Origin: Anaerolineae bacterium | Lineage (GTDB): Bacteria; Chloroflexota; Anaerolineae; Aggregatilineales; Phototrophicaceae | Direction of reading: 5' to 3' | DNA length: 64,000 bases | NCBI GenBank assembly: GCA_025454525.1 | Contig: JALOOG010000024.1 | Span: 2,004 to 66,003 of the forward strand | In this document: positions 18,771 to 26,567 of the stretch, piece by piece | How positions within the stretch are numbered: the stretch's first letter is position 1 | Layout: every line of letters begins with the position of its first letter | Notes under the pieces: generated by a model | Databases searched by the model: none | The model's input: only the letters and a program-made list of their open reading frames with translations | What the model was told of the DNA's origin: nothing | Made by a program: the position numbers and the translations under genes

Positions 18771-19672
18771 TCGAATTTCAGCATTATGGTTTGTACTTTG
18801 GTCGTAATCAGATAAAAGAGGCGCAAAAACACGCCAAGCGCGCCCCGTTTAAGGTGGCGTGGGAACTGCTACAGACAAAAACGCCGTTGGATTTATTGAC
18901 TTCCACCCATTGGCACGGATTACGGTATCGCTTTGAGGGCGATCGGGATGCGGGTGAACAGGCCGCACTCAACCTACCGCAATTACTGGTAGACGAGGGA
19001 AGTCCCTCCTTATTCGACGCGCTCCGTTATACGTTGATCGTGGCCCAATGTGTCGAATTGATCCGCGATCATCCGTCCTTACAGATGGATGCGTTACGGT
19101 GGTTTGAATGGCGCGCCAATCAGATCGCGGCGCTTGAAAATGCGTCCTATGTGGAGCGCTTGTGGATCGCGTTAGCCCAAGTGGTGATCGGGGTTGTGTT
19201 AGAGCGTGAAGCGTCGATCCAAGCGGGGGCAGCGGTCTATCGTGGTGTGTTGGAACAAGACATCCGTCCGGCGGGTTTTATTCCGGCGGTGGTAGACGGC
19301 AAAGACGGCGGCAGCTTGCATCGCTTTTTGTTGACCGCGCAAGCGTTAACCTTGATCGCGGAGGCGGCGGGGCAGGTGGGTCTCAACTTATGGGGGTATC
19401 AACATCGCGGGATGACGATCATCACTGCGGGCCTCTATCCGCTGTATTATCGCTATTATCCAGAGCAATGGCCATGGGATGAAGGGATCACGCTTGAAGA
19501 CTCGGAGCGTTTATTCCGGGATTATGGCAGTTATCTTGAACCGTTGAATCGGCAAATCGGGCGTTACACCAAGGCGATCGATCTCATCCTAAGCGAGATC
19601 CGTCCGGTGTATACCCTCTGGGGTGGGGGCTTGCTCACCTTGTCGCATGGGGTACGGACAGGTTGGTTTTAA
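18767..19672 (+). CDS. Hypothetical protein, possibly an alginate-lyase-like alpha/alpha-toroid domain
   Basis: 301-aa ORF overlapping the upstream stop. Only weak resemblance to alginate_lyase (PF05426)-type proteins, so the domain assignment is tentative. Confidence 0.4.
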   Translation: MIEFQHYGLYFGRNQIKEAQKHAKRAPFKVAWELLQTKTPLDLLTSTHWHGLRYRFEGDRDAGEQAALNLPQLLVDEGSPSLFDALRYTLIVAQCVELIRDHPSLQMDALRWFEWRANQIAALENASYVERLWIALAQVVIGVVLEREASIQAGAAVYRGVLEQDIRPAGFIPAVVDGKDGGSLHRFLLTAQALTLIAEAAGQVGLNLWGYQHRGMTIITAGLYPLYYRYYPEQWPWDEGITLEDSERLFRDYGSYLEPLNRQIGRYTKAIDLILSEIRPVYTLWGGGLLTLSHGVRTGWF

Positions 19673-19797
19673 GCGAATTGGGCAAGATCACACAGTAAAC
19701 CCCGTGAAATCTCTGTCACTGTGTACGTATCGCGATGCGTCGGTATTTGTTAAATTACCCTCAAAGATCGTAGCGCTTTTTTGTCGAAAAAATCCAT

Positions 19798-19823
19798 AGC
19801 CTCCGCATTGTGAGGCTTTTTTT
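19798..19823 (+). terminator. Rho-independent terminator
   Basis: Stem AGCCTC/GAGGCT with an 8-nt loop, followed by TTTTTTT. Confidence 0.7.
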
Positions 19824-19863
19824 CCCAACTTTGTCCAATCACATCTATGATGAGGAGATCACG

Positions 19864-22800
19864 ATGTCCCTCCATACTGATACCGATTCACCGGATCTAC
19901 ACCCGATCGATACACAAGAACGCGATGCTTGTGCGCTGATTTGCGCGGTTCGCAAGGGCGGTCAACCCACCCATGGAAATGTCAAACGCACGATTGAAGC
20001 GTTAACCCGCATGGGGCATCGCACCGGTTACATTGAAGGCGAAGGCGATGGAGTCGGGGTATTGACCGACATCCCACGTCAATTATGGTCAAAACGCTTG
20101 GCGCGGGCCGGGTTACGTTCGTCTTTAGCAGCGGATCGAAACTTCTGGGTTGCACATCTGATGATCCCGGCGGCGGAACGATCTCGCGCTCAAATTTTGG
20201 TGGATGAGATCTGTCGTCAGATCACCGATAGCGGATTGCATGTGCTGTTGGATCAACCGGGCAATGTCAACGCTGATGTGTTAGGGTTTAACGCCGAAAA
20301 GAATCAGCCAGTTTTTTGGCAGATCGTCGGGATGAATGGTCAAGTGCCGTCGGCGCAATTAGACGCGGCCTTGTTTGAGCTTCAAGTGAGCTTAGAGCGT
20401 AATCTCAAGGTGCATTTCCCGTCCTTTTCAGCACACAGTGTGGTTTATAAAGTGCAAGGCACAGCGGAGATCTTACGCCGTTACTACCCAGAATTGCGCG
20501 ATCCCGATTATGCGTCCACGGTCACTTTAGGTCATGCCCGCTATAGCACCAACACCAACCCGATTTTTGAGCGCGCACAACCGTTTAACTTGTTAGGGCA
20601 TAACGGCGAATTTAACACCATTTCGCGTTTTCGTATGGAAGCGGCGATGTTAGGCATTCCGCTTGATCCGAACAATTCTGACTCGCAAGATGTGGATCGC
20701 CTGATTCAAGCGCTGTGTATGCGCGATGGACTCGACTTGATCGAAGCGATGGAATATATCTTCCCACCGCATTCGCATGATCTGATCGAAAATGCCACCG
20801 ATATTCATGCGATGTATGATGAGATCCGGCGTGCTTTTGGCCCATTCGCACAAGGGCCGGCGGCCGTAGCGGCCCGCTTAGGCGATCTCTGTGTGTTTAG
20901 TGTGGATGCGTTGGGATTGCGTCCACTGTGGTTCGGTGAGACCGAAAAAGAGTATTTCGCCACTTCAGAGCGCGGGGTATATGCCCTAGATGCGATGAGC
21001 ATCGATCCGAAACCGATCGCGCCGGGGGAAAAGATCGCGTTGCGGATTCGTCCGGGCTATGGCGTGGAGATGTTCGATTATCCCGCGATCCAACAATACG
21101 TCTTGAGTCGGCATCGTGAACGCACGCCTTATCAAATTGAGTTACCGCAATGGACGTTGGCGATCGATCCCGATCCCACCGGACGCACACCTTTAGCCGA
21201 TACACCGATCCGTCCCAGTGGCGGGGGAGTCGCGACTCAAACCGCCGTTCAAACGCTTACCTTGCTTGAAGGGCAACGTTGGCAACCGAAACCGTCCCCG
21301 TTGCATACCGTAGCAATGGCCGCGATGGGTTGGGAACGTTATCATACCAATGTGATCGAAGCGATGTCCGAGACCAACAAGGAGCAACTGGGATCGTTGG
21401 GATGGGATGGACCCTTGGCCGCGTTGAGTAAAACACGGGTGAACGTAGCCGATTATTTTAAAGAAACCGTGGCCGTTGTGACCAATCCGGCGATCGATCG
21501 CGAACGCGAAAGCGCGCAATTTTCAACACGCGTGGTGATCGGCGGCCGTCCCAATGTCGGGAGGTTATCGGGGTCATTTGCTGTCCAATTAGAGACTCCG
21601 TTGATCGTGGGGGGTCATGCCGATCTGGGTGAGATCGAAGTCTTGCGCGAAGTGGCGAATCGTCATGGCACGATGGTGTTAGATGATCTGTTAGCCACAT
21701 TTGAAGGACAATATGCGGTGTTATCGATGCACGCCGCACATGATGAGACGATCGAACAAGCGATCGAACGGTTGCAAACGGCCGCGGTAGATGCCGCTTT
21801 CAATGGCGCACGTTGTCTATTATTGGAGGATAGTGAGGTCTTTGAGGGGACGTGTTTGTGGATCGATCCGATCTTGGTGACCGCGGCGATCGATCGCGCT
21901 TTGCGTTTAGCCGATGCGCCGCAAAATCTACGCCGTCAAGTGGGCCTTGTGGTGCGGTCCGGCGCATTTCGTGATCTGCATGATGTGGTGATCGCACTTT
22001 CGGTCGGTGCGAATGCAATTGTGCCATATATGATTTACGCGGTTGGACTTGGGATCGCGCCGCGTGCGCCGAAAACCCCACCGACCAGTGATCAAGTGTT
22101 TGATCTCACTGCTAAGTTGGTGAACGTGTTGACGGGTGGCATCCAGAAGGTGATCTCCACGATCGGTTGTCATGAGATTCGCGGTTATGGTCACAGTTTC
22201 GGCGGAATCGGACTCGCGAAAGGTGTGGCGGCCGTGTTCGGAATGCCGAACTATTTTGGATCCGACGGGCGCGGCCTCACTTGGTCAGATCTGAAAGCTT
22301 GGGGGGAAGAACGTGCCGCCGAATTACGTGGGGAACAAGGGGCAAAATTAACCAACCCCGAACGCTTCTATCCCAAAATGTGGAAGAAGGCCGAAGATGT
22401 CGCTTTGGGTGAGATGAGCTTAGACGAATACACCGAGGCGCTCTTGGAATTAGAGCATGAGCAACCCGTTTCGATCCGTCATATTTTGGACTTCAAGCGG
22501 AGTGATAAACCGATCGCGCCGGATCAAGTGGACTTGACGATCGGTGATCACGCGATGCCGGTGTTCATCGGTGCGATGTCCTTCGGATCGCAAGGGGAAC
22601 TCTCGTATAAGGCGTATGCCGAGGCCGCTTATCGCTTGGATATTTTCTGTGTCAACGGAGAAGGCGGTGAATTGCCGGATATGCTGCATAAGTACCCTAA
22701 ACATCGCGGCCAACAGATCGCGTCCGCTCGCTTTGGGGTGAACATCGAATTTTTGAACTCCTGTGAACTGTTAGAGATCAAGATCGGGCAGGGCGCGAAA

Positions 22801-24504
22801 CCGGGTGAAGGTGGTCATTTGCCCGGCTTCAAGGTGACGGAACAGGTCGCCGCGGCCCGTAATACCGTCCCCGGTGTCTCGTTAATCTCTCCCAGCAACA
22901 ATCATGATCTGTATTCAATTGAAGACCTCGCGCAATTGATCGATGAACTGAAAACGGCGAATCCCAAAGCGCGAATCTCGGTGAAAGTGCCAGTGGTGCC
23001 GGGCGTTGGGATCATCGCGGTGGGTATTGCCAAGGCCGGCGCGGATGTGGTGAATATCGCGGGGTATGAAGGCGGCACGGGGGCGGCTCGCGCCCATTCT
23101 TTGCGGCATGTCGGTTTACCGTCGGAGATCGGCGTGTGGTTAGCGCATCGCGCCCTCACCGAGAGCGGACTCCGTGATCAAGTCGAGATTTGGGCGGACG
23201 GCGGCATGAAATCCGGCCGTGATGTGGTCAAGATGCTGTGTTTAGGGGCGAATCGGGTCGGTTTTGGTACGTTAGCAATGGTGGCGGTCGGTTGTACGAT
23301 CTGCCGCAAATGCCATGAGGGGACGTGCCATGTCGGGATCACCACGCATATCAAGACCAAAGAAGAAGCGACGATCAAGGGTCTGAAGTCGTTTGAACCC
23401 CGCGATTATGACTTAGCGGTGCAAGGCATTTGTAACGTATTTGAGATGTTGCGTGAGGACATGCAGCGGGCCGTGGCCCAATTGGGCATGACCAAGATCA
23501 CCGATCTGGTCGGACGGGTGGATCTGTTGGAACAGATCGATCTACACGATCGGATTGACCTCACATCCCTGTTAAAACGTGCGCCGATGCAACCGAAAAA
23601 ACCGCAACGGGAAGGCGGCCGCCGCTTAGCACGCCCGCGTAACACCTTAAGCAAACAGATCACCGCGGTAGTAGCGGAATGTGTGGCGCGTGGTGATACC
23701 GAGATGACCTACGATGATGAGCAGGTGATGGCCATGGATCGCGCTTTGGGGACGCATTTGTGCGGCGCGCTCAAACGCCGTGAGTTCAAAGGCGCGGAGC
23801 ATATTGACGCGGTGCATCTCAACTTTAGCAACTCCGCGATCCCAGGCAATGGTTTAGCCGCGTTTATCGATGCGCCGGTCGAGGTGGTGGTAGAAGGCGG
23901 CGCGCAAGACGGTGTAGCCAAATGCGCCCGCGGTGGCACGGTGACGATCCTCAAAGGCCTTAATCACAATGGGCAACGCTTAGACGGATCAGTCGGTAAG
24001 AGTTTCGCTTATGGCGCGCAAGGCGGCTTGTTTATCGTACAGGGTAACGCCGACTCCCGTGCTTGTATCCGGTTAAGTGGCGCGGATGTGATTTTCGGCG
24101 GTGAAGTGACACAACCGCTTCGGGATGAGTTAGGCGGGATCGGGGCGCGGGCCAATCTCAAGGGCTATGCCTGTGAGTATATGACCTCTGGCCGCGTGTT
24201 GATCTTAGGTGATCCCGGGCCATGGTTGGGCGCGGGCATGACTGGCGGTACAATCTATCAACGCATTCAACCCGATATGCGCTTGACGATCGACGCGATT
24301 CGCCGTCGGATCGCGCATGGATCAGCCTTAGAGATCTTCGCCTTGGATGATGTCGGTGTAGAAGAGGTGCATGAACTTTTGAGCCGTTATATCCATACCT
24401 TGGAGGTCAACAATCAGATCAAAGCGACCGAACACCTCTACGCCTTGTTGCGTCGGCCACAAGATCACTTTGTCAAACTCACCCCACCGAATCGCCCCAA
24501 CTAA
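19864..24504 (+). CDS. gltB: Glutamate synthase large subunit (GltB/Fd-GOGAT-like), with an N-terminal propeptide before the Ntn catalytic Cys
   Basis: Class-II amidotransferase region (CALICAV...GDGVGVL). FMN/GltS domain motif IKIGQGAKPGEGGHLPG. C-terminal GXGXG domain. RBS GAGGAG 6 nt upstream of ATG 19864. The track start at 19810 overlaps the upstream terminator. Confidence 0.92.
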   Translation: MSLHTDTDSPDLHPIDTQERDACALICAVRKGGQPTHGNVKRTIEALTRMGHRTGYIEGEGDGVGVLTDIPRQLWSKRLARAGLRSSLAADRNFWVAHLMIPAAERSRAQILVDEICRQITDSGLHVLLDQPGNVNADVLGFNAEKNQPVFWQIVGMNGQVPSAQLDAALFELQVSLERNLKVHFPSFSAHSVVYKVQGTAEILRRYYPELRDPDYASTVTLGHARYSTNTNPIFERAQPFNLLGHNGEFNTISRFRMEAAMLGIPLDPNNSDSQDVDRLIQALCMRDGLDLIEAMEYIFPPHSHDLIENATDIHAMYDEIRRAFGPFAQGPAAVAARLGDLCVFSVDALGLRPLWFGETEKEYFATSERGVYALDAMSIDPKPIAPGEKIALRIRPGYGVEMFDYPAIQQYVLSRHRERTPYQIELPQWTLAIDPDPTGRTPLADTPIRPSGGGVATQTAVQTLTLLEGQRWQPKPSPLHTVAMAAMGWERYHTNVIEAMSETNKEQLGSLGWDGPLAALSKTRVNVADYFKETVAVVTNPAIDRERESAQFSTRVVIGGRPNVGRLSGSFAVQLETPLIVGGHADLGEIEVLREVANRHGTMVLDDLLATFEGQYAVLSMHAAHDETIEQAIERLQTAAVDAAFNGARCLLLEDSEVFEGTCLWIDPILVTAAIDRALRLADAPQNLRRQVGLVVRSGAFRDLHDVVIALSVGANAIVPYMIYAVGLGIAPRAPKTPPTSDQVFDLTAKLVNVLTGGIQKVISTIGCHEIRGYGHSFGGIGLAKGVAAVFGMPNYFGSDGRGLTWSDLKAWGEERAAELRGEQGAKLTNPERFYPKMWKKAEDVALGEMSLDEYTEALLELEHEQPVSIRHILDFKRSDKPIAPDQVDLTIGDHAMPVFIGAMSFGSQGELSYKAYAEAAYRLDIFCVNGEGGELPDMLHKYPKHRGQQIASARFGVNIEFLNSCELLEIKIGQGAKPGEGGHLPGFKVTEQVAAARNTVPGVSLISPSNNHDLYSIEDLAQLIDELKTANPKARISVKVPVVPGVGIIAVGIAKAGADVVNIAGYEGGTGAARAHSLRHVGLPSEIGVWLAHRALTESGLRDQVEIWADGGMKSGRDVVKMLCLGANRVGFGTLAMVAVGCTICRKCHEGTCHVGITTHIKTKEEATIKGLKSFEPRDYDLAVQGICNVFEMLREDMQRAVAQLGMTKITDLVGRVDLLEQIDLHDRIDLTSLLKRAPMQPKKPQREGGRRLARPRNTLSKQITAVVAECVARGDTEMTYDDEQVMAMDRALGTHLCGALKRREFKGAEHIDAVHLNFSNSAIPGNGLAAFIDAPVEVVVEGGAQDGVAKCARGGTVTILKGLNHNGQRLDGSVGKSFAYGAQGGLFIVQGNADSRACIRLSGADVIFGGEVTQPLRDELGGIGARANLKGYACEYMTSGRVLILGDPGPWLGAGMTGGTIYQRIQPDMRLTIDAIRRRIAHGSALEIFALDDVGVEEVHELLSRYIHTLEVNNQIKATEHLYALLRRPQDHFVKLTPPNRPN

Positions 24505-24516
24505 GCGATCTGTAAG

Positions 24517-24549
24517 CGGGCCATCTCTGATAGATGGCCCGCTTTTTTT
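24517..24549 (+). terminator. Rho-independent terminator after gltB
   Basis: Stem GCGGGCCATCT/AGATGGCCCGC followed by TTTTTTT. Confidence 0.8.
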
Positions 24550-24709
24550 GTCTTCCCACAGTGTATTTTTTGTATATTTATATAAATACATCACGGTTCT
24601 TGAAGAGAAATTGTGCCAATGCTCTACTTGAAAATGTTGAGCCTTGGCAAGTAAGATTTTTTGATTAACCTATGATAAATCTAAATTTGAGCAACCAGAA
24701 TGACGAATA

Positions 24710-25647
24710 ATGAAACTATCAACTGTGGATATTCAAAATATAATCACAAAGTTACTTCAAAGTGAAGATTACCATGTCGAAATTTTGACTCACATCAACA
24801 TTGACCTAATACAAGAGATGATTGAATATTTAAACGGTCTAGGTCAAATTAAACTTCAATTTCAAAATGACGATATTGATGAGTTCAAACAGTTACTTTT
24901 AAATTATCAACCAACTGATGAACTAGTGTTGAACCTTGACTACGATCTTGATAAAGATATGCAATACCAACTGGACACACAAATTACACTTGATTATGAG
25001 CGCGAATTTTTTGATTCACACTATCTGTTCACGGAACAACCTCTCAATATTGACTTAGGAATGACCTTCCGTTTTCAAAATGTTAGTATTCACCTCACTA
25101 TGGCTGAAACTTTGATCGTGATCAATACGATCGCTGTCAAACGCGCGCAATTGAGGGGCGGAGCATCAATACGATCGCTGTCAAACGCGCGCAATTGAGG
25201 GGCGGAGCATGGAGTACGATCGGGAAACAAGTTGAAAAATACCTGATGCTCACCTTATGCGCGTTGTATCAAGTTCCACCCACACATTACAAGTTACGCG
25301 GTCAGACCAGACAAAAGCGTGAGATTGATTTTTACCTCATCGGCGATCAACCGTATGCGTGTGAGGTGAAATTAATGGGAGCAGGCAATCCCGAAAGTGC
25401 CGATGCGGTGATTGCCCGTGATAGTCAGGTATTTATTGCAGACACACTCTCCCCACTCAATAAAACCCAACTGGACGGTTTAGGGATTCATTGGCTGGCT
25501 TTGCGTGATCTACAAGGGTATCGCAAATTTTACGATATTTTACAAACGCTCCATATCCCCTGCACGCCCTTTGAAGGTGATCTAGAGACGATTTTGCCCC
25601 AAGTGTTCAGGCAAGTATTCAAGGTTGATCCTGATGTTACGATCTAG
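24710..25647 (+). pseudogene. PD-(D/E)xK nuclease-like gene (restriction-endonuclease-like) disrupted by a 44-bp tandem duplication, which splits it into two ORFs
   Basis: ORFs 24710-25198 and 25195-25647 would be one continuous reading frame if one 44-bp copy were removed. The downstream part carries D-x13-E-x-K (EIDFYLIGDQPYACEVK). The region is AT-rich. Confidence 0.55.
25121..25208. repeat. Perfect 2 x 44-bp tandem direct duplication
   Basis: ATCAATACGATCGCTGTCAAACGCGCGCAATTGAGGGGCGGAGC at 25121-25164 is repeated exactly at 25165-25208. Confidence 0.95.
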
Positions 25648-25721
25648 GTCGATTTTACCGCCGAATAAAGACATCGCGTTATAATCTCCCATTCCAACCA
25701 ACCGATATAAGGGAGCGCATT

Positions 25722-26456
25722 TTGGATCTGAAAAATCGAGTCGCCATTATCACCGGGGCCAGCAGCGGGATCGGACGGGCGATCGCATTAGCGATGGCCG
25801 GAGACGGGGCGCGTCTGGTCTTGACCGCCCGCCGTGCTGACAAATTACAAGACTTAGCCGATGAGATCGCCACTTTAGGCAGTGATGCCCGTGTGGTCAT
25901 TGGTGATATCACCCTCGCTGAAACCGCCGAAATCGTCACCGAGACCGCATTACGTGCCTTTGGTGCGATCGATGTCTTAGTCAATAACGCGGGATATGCA
26001 CCGCCGATGATGCTAGTGGATTTGACGGAAGACATCTGGGATGTCACCCTCAACAGTTGCCTCAAAAGCATGTATTTGATGACGCGGGCCGCGTTACCTG
26101 CCATGTTACGTCAAGACTCCGGTCGCATCGTTCAGATCTCATCCGTGGCCGGCAAACACGGTTATGCCACTCGCACCGCCTATTGTGCCGCCAAGTGGGG
26201 GATGCAAGGATTTACCGAGGCCTTGCGTGAGGAGATCACCGATACCGGACTCCGTATTCATACCGTGCATCCGGGGTCAGTGGCGACCGAATGGTGGGAT
26301 AACACCGATGATCCACAATCAACCCAAGTCTTAGAGCGCATGATGGATCCAGAGGACATCGCACAAGCGGTGATCTGGGTGCTGATTCAACCGGATAACG
26401 TACAGATTGATGAGGTCGTGGTCAAAAACTATCGAAGCCCCTGGACCAACGTCTAA
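25722..26456 (+). CDS. SDR-family oxidoreductase (short-chain dehydrogenase/reductase)
   Basis: Cofactor motif ITGASSGIGRAIA, then NNAG, then catalytic YCAAK. Confidence 0.9.
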   Translation: MDLKNRVAIITGASSGIGRAIALAMAGDGARLVLTARRADKLQDLADEIATLGSDARVVIGDITLAETAEIVTETALRAFGAIDVLVNNAGYAPPMMLVDLTEDIWDVTLNSCLKSMYLMTRAALPAMLRQDSGRIVQISSVAGKHGYATRTAYCAAKWGMQGFTEALREEITDTGLRIHTVHPGSVATEWWDNTDDPQSTQVLERMMDPEDIAQAVIWVLIQPDNVQIDEVVVKNYRSPWTNV

Positions 26457-26496
26457 TGCTCTTTTGATTTTGGTTAAATTTCGATTAAAATAGCAT

Positions 26497-26533
26497 GAGC
26501 GCAACGTTTTACCCATTCGTTCGCGCTCTTTTT
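26497..26533 (+). terminator. Probable rho-independent terminator after the SDR gene
   Basis: Stem GAGCGCAACG/CGTTCGCGCTC (one bulge) followed by TTTTT. Confidence 0.5.
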
Positions 26534-26567
26534 ACCTCATTGTTCACGTCATGGAGGTTTAACCAAG

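Noticed and set aside
20612-23954. About 15 antisense or alternative-frame ORFs of 64-108 aa inside gltB
   Set aside because: They lie entirely within the well-supported 1547-aa glutamate synthase gene. They are Arg/Pro/His-rich, as expected for antisense GC-rich DNA.
24328-24594. 88-aa minus-strand ORF spanning the gltB 3' end and its terminator
   Set aside because: It overlaps the gltB coding end and the terminator hairpin. It has no RBS or domain and is probably a chance ORF in AT-rich DNA.
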